A stretch of 58,572 nucleotides of DNA, filler included, from Bipalium vagum (Eukaryota), in NCBI GenBank assembly GCA_037834085.1. It is 3 parts of 3 records of this genome, joined end to end, with 100 filler letters (N's around TTAATTAATTAA, not from the genome) between each part and the next. Parts side by side here need not be neighbours in the genome. Positions count along the whole stretch, not along the records: positions 1 to 21,723 come from JBBMKC010233281.1; 2 more parts are not named here. The stretch is one strand, 5' to 3'. The position numbers were made by a program, and so were the translations under genes. Positions 1 to 13,000 of this stretch are shown here, piece after piece. Each line of letters opens with the position of its first letter. Within the stretch, counting starts at the first letter, position 1. The notes beneath the pieces are model-generated. The model saw only the letters and a list, made by a program, of their open reading frames with translations. It did no database searches and was not told the origin of the DNA.

Positions 1-488
1 TATTTACTTATTACTTTTAATAAACATTAATTTTCTACATTAAAAATTTCATGTATTTTTAAATATAATTAATTTCAGCTGTTGTCATTAAATTTGCAAA
101 TCAGTATATTATTTAATTTTAAAATATCTTTTTTAAAAAATAATAAAAGAGACACTTTATTTAAATTTATTAACTTAGGAAATTTGTTTAAGTATTTTAA
201 TTTTTATTGGAATAATAAAAATTTTGAAATCATGTCTGAATTTATTGAAATAGCTGCTAACAAGTATAATATAAAAATTTGTGAATAATACCGCTTCAGA
301 TTATTGAAAGTTAAAATAAAACTTTACATTATGAAAAACATTTTTAACCTGTGATTTTTCAATAGGAAAGTCATTTTAAAATAAGTTTAAAATAAATTAA
401 TATTTTAGAAATTTTAAATAAATAAAAATATTTTTTAAAAATTAAAATACTCACGATATAAAAATAATATTTTATAAGAAGTTAAATA

Positions 489-684
489 CAGGTATATTTC
501 ATAAATATATATACGCGTTTCAGCAAATAAAAATTAATCAATTTTTCAATTAACATGAATCATTTTTAAATATTATTGGAAAAATATAAATATTTTGTCT
601 GGAAAAAGAAAAAAATATATTCAATTGAAATTTAGTTGATATTTTTTTAGTTTGAACGCTTAAACGTATTTATGAAACACCCTG
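489..684. mobile_element. Tc1/mariner-type MITE (~196 bp)
   Basis: Imperfect ~35-bp TIRs. Left is TA|CAGGTATATTTCATAAATATATATACGCGTT; right reverse complement is TA|CAGGGTGTTTCATAAATACGTTTAAGCGTT. TA flanks both ends and there is no coding capacity. Confidence 0.7.
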
Positions 685-2586
685 TATATTTTTTTAACTT
701 TTAGTATAGAATCAAAACTGATTTATTAAAAATGTTAAATAAGAAAATAAATACAATTTAATTAAATTTTTAAAATTTTTTAATGAAAAAAACAGAATAT
801 TTAATTAAATTTAATTCCCATTTACTCAAATCATTAATTAATTTCTGAAGTCATTTTGAAAAATAATTAAATTCAAATTTATTTTTGAAATTATTAAGAT
901 TAAAACAATTTTATTTACAAAGGCCATCATGAATATTAATAAAATAAATATGTCAAAAAGAATTTGTCATAAGAATGAAAGATTATTTTCTTTAAAAATA
1001 TAAAAAAATTTTTAATTAATATAATGTGTAAAAATTAAATCTTTTGTGATTATTCTTTTTTTATTTTTAGTTATTATTCAAAATATTTTATTAAAAATCG
1101 TATTTAATGTCTCTTTATAATTATTCTTGTTAAAATTAACAGGTTATTTTATTAAAAATATAAATACAATGAATTAATTTTATAAAAACTTACAAAATCT
1201 ACTAATACTTATTAACAGCAAAACGTGAAGGATTTATTATAATTCCGTTGTGTTTTAATTAATTAATTTTTGTTTATCAAATAAACATTAAAAATATGAA
1301 GAAATTAAAAAAATATTTGAAATGTAAACAATTTTAATATGATTTATTATTAAAATTATTTATTGAGAATTAATTAATAAAATATATAATAAATATAAAT
1401 AATTTTTTTATACTTTTTAATCAAATTTTTATGTGTTTAAATTTAGATAAAATTTATTAAATAATATTGCAAAGTAATACTATTATCTATTATCTATATA
1501 TTATAATCTACTAATATTATCAATATCAATATTATTGTTATTAGTATTAATAATAATAATAGTAATAATAATATTATTAGTATCGTTATTATTATTATCA
1601 TTATTATTATTACTATTATTATCATAACAATCATCGTGATATTTCTAATGCATCAACTTTATGAAGACAGACTCTACCCAGAGAGGCTGGACTCCAACTA
1701 TCATGCACCATCATGATCTCAAGTCAATTCGACATTATACTAATAACTGAAACTCCAGTAAAATGCATCTCCGAAATAAAAGGTTTCAACCAACAATGGA
1801 TAATAAACAAAATGCTATTTTACACACTAATCTTACTTTTTATTTCTTTTGAGGACTTATTGCCTGATTTACTCTAAATGAAAATTAATGAAAATAAATA
1901 TATTAAAATGGGATTTAGAAAATAAATAAATAAACGAAATCATCGGATCAATTTCGTCACCGACTTTGTCCAGTAATTATTGATTTAACGGGTATTCTTG
2001 AAATGTATTTGTTTTAATATATTAATGTTAATGATTTCAATGTAAATTCGTACGATTACTCTTTCAATAGCAATTTCCCAAGAAGGGTTTTGATGAAATT
2101 CAAGTAGGTGTAATATGAAATGGTTATTGGAAATCTTGTTTTATGAAAGGTCACTGGCTTTTTTAGGCGCTGTTCAACTCGAGTTGATCTTTAAAATTCA
2201 ACGTTCAACGTGATACAGTACTAGATTTCTTTTTTATTTATTCCATATTCACATACTAAAAGTACAAGGAAAAGTTGGCGGTGAGATCAATGAAACATGG
2301 AGCCCGTAATCGGAGGTTCAACAAAAGGCCAATCTCAGTTATGTGTAGAATTTCCAGAAAACCGCAATAAGAAATTTATTTCATATTAGAAAATTTCTCA
2401 TAAGAATTTATATAAGTTCATAATAAAGTAGCACTTGGATAAAATAGATTTATAGCTAAACATTGTCATCAATTTATTCTCAAGAAATACGATAGATGTG
2501 GTGGGTATAAAAAATGTCCAAAAATATGTTTGCCAACCTAACATAGCTAAAGCAAGATTTTTGGATTCATTTGAACAGGGTAATTA

Positions 2587-3797
2587 TAAAGGTTGCAAAT
2601 AAATAATGCGGATTTATTGAAAATAGATTTAGTGAGATATCGAAATATAATTGTGAATTGAAATATAAATCAATTTGTTTTAATAATATCAAATTAATAG
2701 GGTAATCATTTAAATTTTCATAATATGTTAATAATTTCAATTTTTTTAGATCTAAATGTCAACATTTACGCCAAGCTATGAACATTTGCGGGAAGTTCTC
2801 ATTCATTACTTCATGATGAAAAAAACTTCCACAAAGAGCTGCAGGATATTATGTGATGTTTATGGAAAACATGGAGTATTTCAGGTTACATGCGATCGTT
2901 GGTTTCACCGATTCAGAAGTAATTTCAGTGTAAGGGATAAAGAACGCTCAAGCCGCCCTTCCAAATTTGAAAACCAACATTTACAAAATTTATTTCATGA
3001 AGATGCTCATTAATCGACATATCAACTTGCTATAAGATTACCCAGCAAGCAAAGGAAAAAAAATGGTTCCTCATCAATTGAATAAAGACAACTAGGAAAC
3101 CTAAAAGTATTCAGTGACATTCTCTTACAACGGCACGAAAGAAAGTTCTTCTTTCATCGACTATTGACAGGAGCTGAAAAGTGGATCTATTTTGAAAATC
3201 CCAAACGTACGGACAAATGGTTAACCCAGGTCAACTATGAAAACAAACTGCAAGACCAGACCACTTCGGAACGAAAACAATGCTCTGCGTCTGGTGTGAT
3301 CAACAAGGCGTGGTGTAGCACGAGCTTCTCAAACCAGGTGAAAGTGTTAATTCCGAGAGATACCAAAACCAAATAGCCCGGCTGAATCAGTCTTTAATAT
3401 TTAAACGTCCAGAATGGGTCAATAAACATGGTAAAGTAATTCTTATACATGACAACGTAACGCCTCACACTTCTAAAGCAGTTAAAAGATTTGAAATGGA
3501 AAGTACTCAGCGACCCACCGTATTCTTTTTCAGATTTTTATTTTTTCCGTTCAATGGAACATAGACCTACTGCGCAGCACTTCAAATCGTACAAGATGTC
3601 CAAAATTGTGTCTCTGGATGGTTCGCCTCGAAACCAGAAAAGTTATTTTGGTATGGCATCGATAAATTGACTGAAAGATGGAAGAAATGAGTAGATAACA
3701 ACGGTCATTATTTTAAATAAATTATCTTTTATTTTTGTTTCGAAATTACCATGCTTTGGTTACTAAAAAAATCATCAATATTTATTTTTACCAATAA
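2587..3797 (+). mobile_element. Degenerate near-full-length mariner (Mos1/mauritiana-like) transposon
   Basis: ORF 2756 reads MSTFTPSYEHLREVLIHYF...TCDRWFHRFRS. Later frames give VPHQL, TGAEKWIYFENPKR, IHDNVTPH, PPYS and GIDKLTERWKK, with many stops and frameshifts. Weak TIRs at both ends. Confidence 0.9.
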
Positions 3798-3994
3798 TAA
3801 TAAGGGTCAATTGAATAGCATTTTAAAGATTTATGTGAAAACGTCCAAACAATAACTCGAACCCTTAAGCTTAAATTTAAAAATTAGGCCTGAGAATTAG
3901 TTTCCGTAGTTTTGTTATACATTAATTTAAAATACAAATTTTGTGTATATGTCAATGAAAATAAAACTAAGAGGTAATATTTGAGCGTATCTTA

Positions 3995-4669
3995 CAGGTT
4001 TATGCAGAAATATATAGGAAAATATTCAAAATATATAATTATATGCAAAATCAATTCAAAATATAAAGAAAATTATTCAGAAATATTTAGAAAAAAAATT
4101 CGATTTTTTCTGCATTGATCACATTTTAGTCAGCCAAAAATATCCGCTGCATGGTTGCTAGTAAAATGTCAGGTTTCATTGTTTTGTCATCTGTTTTTTA
4201 TTAAATCAAATTTACAGGCATTTTATGCTTCGAAATCAAAGACGGATCTTTCAATGGACTTTATTAGCGACAAGCTATGCAATCATTTCGATCGAAATCC
4301 TGGGGATGTATTGGTGATGGACAATTGCAGGTTCCATCACTGCAAAGATGTTATTAAGTTGCTGATAGAAAGAGATATTGCTTACAGATTTCTGCCACCA
4401 TTCTCGCCTCAGCTACAATTCGCAAATATTGTATCATTCTTTATGAGAACCATTATAGATCAGGAAGATTGATTATTCAAGTACTCATGCATAACGATAT
4501 AGATTTAAGTGATTATTTTCGCAACATGAGGCGGCTTATAGAAAAACCTTGGCGAGACAATAACTTATTTAGTGTACATTTCCTTTATATATTTCTGAAT
4601 TTTGTTTATATATCTGAATATTTTTCTATATATTTTGAATAGTTTTCTATATATTTCTGCATAACCCTG
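3995..4669 (+). mobile_element. Internally deleted IS630/Tc1-family (DDE) element with long TIRs
   Basis: TA|CAGGTTTATGCAGAAATATATAGGAAAATATTCAAAATATATA at the left mirrors ...TATATTTCTGCATAACCCTG|TA at the right. The internal ORF 4155-4472 contains VLVMDNCRFHH and FLPPFSPQL, the IS630/Tc1 catalytic-region motifs. Confidence 0.85.
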
Positions 4670-4737
4670 TAATTAATTAAAATTAATATCGATTTATTTG
4701 CCTAATTTGATTAACTTAGTTATTATTTTAGGCGGAA

Positions 4738-5645
4738 ATGCAAAAATTATATACCGACAAAAGATCATTTTCGGGAAACATTATAACTTTTCTTTAATTT
4801 AGAGAAATCAGCAGCAGAAACCTATCGATTACTGTTACAAGCTTACGGTGAACATGAGGTAACCGAAACTAATTGAAGAGAATGATTTCACCGATTCAAG
4901 ACTACTAATAAAGCGGACAATACAAAGAACGATCAGGCCAAACAGCGAATTTTTAAAATGAATACTTACCAGAACTAATTCAATATGATATGGCACGTAA
5001 ATTAAACCAAAATATTGTTGGTAAGCAAATGAGAAAGTGGGAATAATATAAAAACGTGGTAAACAGTTACCGTATGAATTGACTGAGGGGCAACAAGAAA
5101 AGCGTAAAACTGTTTGCAAAACCAATCATTTAATGTTGTAAAAGTTGATGTAAAAGGTCTGGTGCTAACAAACTTAAGTAAAATAAATCGTGGACAGTAT
5201 TGGGACAGTACAAAGATGGAACAATAGAAATAAAGTATAATTATGTATCAAAAGGCAATTTGAACCATGACCTGGTGAAACCATGCGAAACTGTAACTGA
5301 TGAGCGGTATCAGCAACAATCATTCGATTTAAGTCGAGTTATAAGTTCCAAGAGACCATAACATTATTTTGTAACACGATCAAACCAGATCACATGTTGC
5401 AATACAAATAAAAGAAAATTCGAAAACGCTTGGTTGGGAAGTCTTATACATGGCCATATTCTCTATAGATTGCACCATTTGATTTCCACTTGTTTTGCTG
5501 CTTGCAGTAGTATGTCGCTGAACACACATTTAACTCTTACGAAGACATTAAAAATCGATTAGTGGATTGCTTTAAAGAATTAAGATTTCTTTTTACCACG
5601 GATTCCATTCATCGCTGAAAGATGATGGAAGGAAATTATTTTGAG
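4738..5645 (+). mobile_element. Highly degenerate mariner transposase (mauritiana-like)
   Basis: Fragments across frames resemble HFRETL, KSAAETYRLLLQAYGEH, LPYELTEG, LVKPCETV, LGWEVL, IAPFDFHLF and a terminal ..YFE. Confidence 0.75.
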
Positions 5646-5684
5646 TGTGTGAAATTAATTAAAAATTGGTCACAACAGTCCATG

Positions 5685-5724
5685 CGCATGTGATAGGTCC
5701 CGGGCTCGAATCCTGGAATCTTCA
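5685..5724 (+). pseudogene. 3' half of a tRNA-Ala-like sequence (tRNA pseudogene or SINE head fragment)
   Basis: CGCATGTGATAGGTCCCGGGCTCGAATCCTGGAATCTTCA resembles the anticodon-to-acceptor half of metazoan tRNA-Ala. It has T-stem CCGGG/CCTGG, a B-box-like loop and a T-rich tail. The 5' half is absent. Confidence 0.5.
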
Positions 5725-7871
5725 TTTATTTTTCAACGAACAGAGTGAAATAAGTGTTTTCTTACTTTTAAATGAACTAGTTAATTTTTTTTAAAAGAGA
5801 GGGAAATTAATTCCAACATGATATTTATATTTGAATTTTATCCAATTATTTTATTTACATTTTACAATTTCGACAATATTTTCTAAAAATATTCTGTACT
5901 GTCAAGTTTGTATTTATTGAACAAAATAAAAAGATGCTCTTAATCTAGAAATATTTTATTCTCATGAAACAATTAGGTAATTAACCTAGACTACCTGTAC
6001 TAGGTTTGTCATGTAATAGAATTTATGCTTTAAAAGGTCTTAATATAAAACGACAATTAGTTCATTTGGGCTGCTTATTAAAGGTTCCTCTGATGTGGTA
6101 TCAGACCTTAGGGTGATCTTTAATAAGCATTGAAGCCGCCTTTGAAGTGTTAATCAATAACTATAATGTATGAAAAATAAAAAAATTGTTAATTTTTTAT
6201 TTATCTTAAAAGGGTTTTGGTTTCCAAAAGGTTCATTTATGTCAAAAAAATCATCACACAATGGATATCGATTTGGACTAATATTAGTAGTAAACAAAGT
6301 ACCAATCTAACATGAGCACTTATTAAATAATAATAAGAAAATAAACAAAAAATATGCCTCGTATAAAAACCTGACCAAGTGACAAATTAATCTTTTAATA
6401 TTAAATTACCGTTTTATTTAAAATGGCTTAGATAAATATTTTTTCGATTTTATTTTTATAATTTTAGTTTAATAATAATTATTTAAAATAATTCAAAGTT
6501 ATTAATATTTACTTAATTATAATTTGCATAAAATAAAATATTTTAAGATTAAAATAATTAAAACAATTTCATTGTACGTTGAAATCAATATTTAAATTTA
6601 TTGTTTTAATTGATGAAATTATAATTTTATTCTAAATTTCTTTGGCCAGGTAATCAAAATTTTTAAATTTGATAATTAATTTCAAAATCGAACCGCAAAA
6701 ATTTTAAATGAAATATATTTTTCCAACAGTTTTTTATTTATATTCAAAAATAAATTTAAAAACGAAATGTTTTAAATATTTATAATATTTGATAATAAAG
6801 TTAAAAAAAACGTTGAATGTGTAGTATAATGAAAAAGAACAGAAAGTTTGATTAGTACTGAATAATGTATCCCAAGTCGATCATAATTTTGAATGGAAAC
6901 TATTAAATATTTCTGGAACCAATTAAAAATAAAAAGATGAAATGAAGGCAAAAGAAAAGAATTAAATTTGGAATTAAAAAATTTAGAGTTAAACTAAGAA
7001 ATTATTTTATACATGCAACCCTAAGGAGAGAAAAAATTATCAAAAGAATGTTTAGTGAAATTAGTTAGAGATTTGTTTTATTATATTGAGAATATTATTA
7101 AAATTCATTAAAAAAATATTAAAATATTTGAAAATTTTAATAATTATATTATTAAAAAATTTAAATAAAATATTTATAAAACACAATTTAAAGTTTTATG
7201 AAAATTTGTGATTAAAAAAGAAATATAAATAAAATATTAATTTATAATTAATTATTCTAAATATAACGTAGAAGAAAAAATCTTTATTTCCAAATCTTTA
7301 TCCGAAGATTTCAAACGAAAATGAGAAACACAGTGATAACCAATTAATCAATAACAATTATTAATATTTATGTAATACAAACAAAATGCCCTTATTCCTT
7401 TTATTTTTATAGCTAGAATAAAAATTTATAGATCTTGATAAAAATAATGATCTTGAGTATTAATTTAATTCATATTCCCAACACATTACCTGGAGATTTG
7501 TGATTAATGGATTGAATTAAAAATTTTTATCATATTATTTTAATGTTAATTATTTATATTATCTAAATATTTATTGGTGATTGAAACTTTGAAAATTAAT
7601 TGAAAATTATTATTAGAGTGAAAAAAATAAAAAAATAAATTTAATTAGTTACAAATATAAGATCCGAGTTTTTAAAAGAAAATCAATGAAAAACTTTATA
7701 TATATTTTAATATAATTAAATGAATAGAATTTTAGAAAATTATTGAATAAATGAAAAACTTTCAATTTGAGATCATTTTTCTTTTCCTTGTTTAAATAGG
7801 AAAAACGTTTGAGAATTTTCAATCGGAAATAATTGATGGTAATACAATAGGAAATATATACAAAAATCTAC

Positions 7872-7990
7872 CTTATTATTGATCTTACTGTCTACTTTTC
7901 TATGAGCGGGCTGGCGCAACCCGGGAATGTCGACTTCTTTCATTTCGGTCAATTTGTACCAGTGAGGCTTTTGATCAAGGACTTGCTTAT
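7872..7990 (-). CDS. C2A gene exon (end of C2 domain)
   Basis: Acceptor AG after the 50-nt intron 7991-8040. Reads [32 protein letters not shown]. The donor is ambiguous (exon ends at 7889 before GTAAGA or at 7872 before GTAGAT). Confidence 0.75.
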
Positions 7991-9966
7991 CTTTCAAGAG
8001 AGTGGCTTGAAAAGAAAGTCAAAATGGAAAATGTACATACTTGCGAAACTAATTAATGTTTGTCCCATGAAATCGTTGGACTTCAGTCTATCAAAATCCC
8101 ATACGGAAAGATCTAGGACTCTTTTGCGTAATGATCGTTTCAGTATATTCATGAATACAACAGTCTGCTGCCATTCAGGATTCAGAGTATTGGGCATGTA
8201 TCTAGTTTGGCGATTGAAGTCCGGACTATATCATTAACGAGACAATTAGTTTTTTTCTATTATTTTTGTTTAAATTTTAGATTAATATTTTTAATAATAA
8301 TCTCATTATTAATATTTTTAATAATAATCTCATTATTAATATTTTTAATAATAATTTAAATCTTAAATAACGTAAAAATTGTGAGTATTTATCAATATTA
8401 TTACTAACTTTATTATGTATTATTAATTAAAGTAATAATTCCTAATAAAATATTAATTATCCTATATAAATCCACATACACATTTAAATCAAATGTATAT
8501 ACTATGGTGATGCAAAGGTTCGTGCTCAAAAAAATCTTATAAAAAAATTTTACATTCCAAATAAGGTCTTACTGTTATGTTCAAAATTTAATAGTCACAT
8601 TTTATGATTAAAATTTATAATTTTATTTAAGCGGCAATTTATCATTTGTTTAAATATTGAAATATTGACTGTAAGTTTTTGTATTTCAATTAAAAATGTT
8701 TTCAAATCTCGTGATTAAAATGATCTCTACAAAATTTGAGATATATAAAAAGTATGTATATATTCAAAAGATTTATTTTAAAAATATTTTAAAATAATAT
8801 ATTCGGAATTTAATAAAAATTTAAATTTATTTATTATTTTAAATTAAAATAATTTCGATATTATTTAAATATACTGCAAAAGATTTTTAAATAGTTATTT
8901 AATTATCTGTCAAATTACAGAAAAAGCTGGACTGAAATTTAAAAGATAAATTTTGTTAAAATCGCGTGAATATTTATTTATTTTTAATAATGGGAAAATA
9001 TTGTTTAAAATATCACTGTTTTGGGATTTCCACTTTAAACTCATTTTATTTAACTCATTCCAATTATTGATTAATAATTTAAAGGGGTTTTCCTTAATTT
9101 TTAAAAATGTTGCCATGACAATTATAAATCAAAAATAAAAATTGGAATGTAAACTTAAACTGTTTATTGTGGTTTATAGAACTTAGAGTGTTAATGAAAA
9201 TCTTACCACTAATTAAAAATTATAGAGGATTATTTTATAACAGATCATTTCATTGTTAGAAAATAAGGAATATTAGATTTATTAAAAATATTGATTGAAA
9301 GTGTTCGCTGTAGAATAAACGAGTGACTTTCCAAAACAGGATGAATACAGCCAACATAGTAACTCGTGTGATTCATCAATTTTGGCAAAGCTCGAAATTT
9401 GGCGACTGTGGGCCATTTAAATTAGAAGAAGTTAAAGAATTTTGTGAAGCATAAGTTGAATGAGTTAACTGAAAATAGGCTTAATCAATAATTTTATAAA
9501 TTAGCTCGGGATTTAAAATGTATAAATAAAAAATCTACTTTCTGTACTGTTTATGTAAAACATGCCTCTTTTAAATGGAGTTAATTGATTTTATAATGCT
9601 TTCAGTAAATATCAGAACATTTAATAAATTGTATCACTCAAAGTCATGAGTTCTGTAACTTTCAACTATAAGGTGAATAGAATTTTATTGACCTATTGTC
9701 CATATTTATCGTTTTGTAATCAAGAAATAATGTTATCTTAAAATGCTTTTTTGTATTCTATAACAATACTTTAAAACTTTTGAAATGACCCAATAACATC
9801 GACCAGATTAAAAGAAAAGTTCTTTGATTAAAAATCTCTGTGAATGTAAAATTTAAAAAATCAATAATTCAAAAGTTAAATGCAGAAAAAAACATTTGAC
9901 ATAAAAGTTAAAATCTTAAAGAAATTTTGGAATTTTTTTATATTATAAAATCTTTAAATTTGTTAA

Positions 9967-10006
<40 letters not shown>

Positions 10007-13000
10007 GACAAGTAAATAAGTAGAAAATATTAATAAAATAATAATAAATTACAAGATATTTTTGTAAGATTTTATTTTCAAGAAATTTTAAAAATATATG
10101 AGGAATTATTGATATAAAATAAAAAAAGAGAAAAAAGTTCTCATTAAAAATTTAAGATAATTTAATAAAAACAGAAAATAATCGATTAAATAAAATAAAT
10201 CAATATTAAGATTTCAAAATTATATATTTACGGCGTTGTAATTCAATTTCCTTGTCTATTCAGAATTCTATGTTGAAAATAAATGTTATGGACATTAAAT
10301 CTCTTGATCTATTATACATGATGAAGATGTGCTAATTTATTACGTATTTAATGTACATTTCTTTCTCTACCAATTATATCACATATATATTTTAACTATT
10401 TATTAAATTTAAATGGTAATAAATATTGTTTTCTCTTTTACATTTATTCTATTTATTATAAAATATTAAATGGACTTTCTTTTCAATAGATGTAATCACA
10501 ATTGAATGAATACAGAATTTTTAAAATGTTTTATCAAATGGACTAATATGATTAATAATAATGCCCAGAAAACTTAAAAATCGTGGTTTCCATTAGATTG
10601 AGATAGAGTGGCGATCTTGTTTATTCATTCATGAAGCAATATAATAAATTTTGCTGAGCTCAAAAATCGAATATTTATTTTATGAGGAATTTGTATTTAA
10701 CAGATTAGAGTCCTGTGTCCTGCTTAACAATTTTTCAGTTTTACTTTTTTTAAATTACTTTTCACAAAATAAAAAAAATTTCTTTAAAATAAAATTGGAA
10801 AAATATTAAAAATTTCAAAATCAATTTTACTTTTAAAAATCAATTCAAATTATTGTGATACATACCAAAAGGACTGTGAAACTCTTGCAATTCAAATACG
10901 ATGTCATAAAAAGTTTTAAACACATTCAGAAAATTTACCACCAATAAAAGAATGTGAATTTTGTGATGATATTTTTAGAACAGTTGCAAAAAAATTAGAC
11001 ACGAAATATATTGGGATAACAACTTCACAAGGTGCATATTTTGGTTTTGAAAATATTTATTTAAAATTTATTTATCATTTAACAATATTATTTTTTAATA
11101 AAATTTTCCAAATTTGTAAAAATTGGAATTTTCCGAATCAATTATTTATCTGAAATGATTATATTAAGTAGCTATCATAAATAATAGCTCCAAAAACAAC
11201 TTTCAGAGGACAGTATATAAATCAATAGCTTAGTTGGAAAATTGACTTCGTCTGGACAGAAATGTCAACTAAATGAAATGGAAATTTTAGTTATTTTGAT
11301 TGTTGAAGAAAGGGATCTATGGATATTTGGTGGGTGTGCGGGTACGGCGATGTTTAGTATTGTATTTACCATATGATAATATGAAATATATATATATAAA
11401 ATATAAAAGAGACTCACGTACGTATTTTACGTTTAATTAGAGATTTGGTGATATAAATGATTGATACTCGCCTATTTCTATAGTGATTATGTTTATTAAT
11501 TGGGCCTATAGTCTAAAAAAGAATTAAAGAACAATGGTTTTGTCAAAATAGGATGTTTTTGTAAGGAATGAAAAAGATTTGATCTGTTCCTTGGTAATAG
11601 TTAATAATAATAACCTTCATAAAATATCAGACATAATTTGAAATACCGTCAAAAGTAGAAAGGCAAAAATACAATGGCCATTAAACGATAGGGCGAGAAT
11701 ATTAACAATAAAATCAATATTTGCAGCTTGTGCTACTGTTCATTAAGCAGGCAAAGAAATAAACGAGAACGAGGAGAAAATTAATAGTCAGTCTGAATTT
11801 GTTATAGGGAGGGAAAGAAAACTGCAACAGAGTCTATTAATGCACGGTTGATCGCTCCTCTGAAAACAATAAATTGCCCTAACACAATGCAAATGATGTA
11901 AAGAATTTTCCTTAAACAATACTAGAAACTGAATTTAATTATTATTTTAAAAGGATAATAATGTTCTGACACTTATTATCGTGTTTATGGAAATCATTTA
12001 AACTTTTATGATGATGATTATTATTATTATTATTGATAATATTGTGATACATAATAATATTTTCGATCAGTAAGGTACATACATGATCCAAATAAAAGTT
12101 CCCCAAATTGTTCAGATGCAAAAAATAGGGTTTTTAACTCCCGTTTGACTTGGTAACGTCAAGCCAACATTTTTTCACTCATCTAGGAAACGTCTCACCC
12201 TCAAATGTCCACCACTTTGCCATAAACTGAATTCTGATTCATCACTATTGATGATTCGATTTCATTCGTTACTTAAATATTGTCTTTGACACTTTAGTCT
12301 TGTGGCTTTATGATGTGATTTCAATGGTAAAAAGCACTTTGTACGCTATGAGCACATACAAAGAATACTTAATCTTCTATATGTAGTGCTAAGAGACTGA
12401 ATTTTTTTTAAATGTCATGGTTTTTCTGAAACACTAATTTTTTATAAAAATCTAAAATTCAACTTCTGATCTATTTATTTGGATTTAATTCTATCATATT
12501 GTTAAATTTCACTAGTACTTCATATAAGTGATGTATTTTTGCCTCTGATATCTGATTAAATTAGATTGATTAAACAACAGATTCAATAATTCCAATGCAA
12601 TTCTTTAAAATAATAATTGGTGAGTTTTTATTGAAAATGAGTATAAGACACTGAAAGTTTTCCCATTAAGAAAAAAGTTTACTGTAGATCTGTTCCAGCT
12701 CAAAATGTCCAAATGTTAATTAGTATTAATATTAATAATTATGATAATAATATTTTTCGTAGAAAAAAATGAATTAAATAGTAATAATTACAAAATTAAT
12801 GAAATATTATCATTATTTATTTATTTTTAAATTATTATTATTACTATTTTATATTAGTACATAATATCAATTTAATGCAACTTTTATTATATTTTAATAA
12901 GCATTTTTATTATATTATTTTCCCAATATTCAACATAATCTCATTCAATCAATTAAACAAATTACATTTTCTATTTTTTCGTCCCCTTTATATGCTTATC

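Noticed and set aside
82-288. This and most other 60-110 aa ORFs in the track (e.g. 8910-9138, 12875, 14964, 31332, 32568, 44773-45380)
   Set aside because: F/I/K/L/N-rich translations expected from AT-rich non-coding DNA, with no domains or splice support. Many use non-ATG starts.
1660-1800. Possible non-LTR RT C-terminal scrap (DRLYP..AGL)
   Set aside because: Too short and degenerate to support.
7902-8237. 111-aa plus-strand ORF
   Set aside because: Antisense shadow of the C2A exons.
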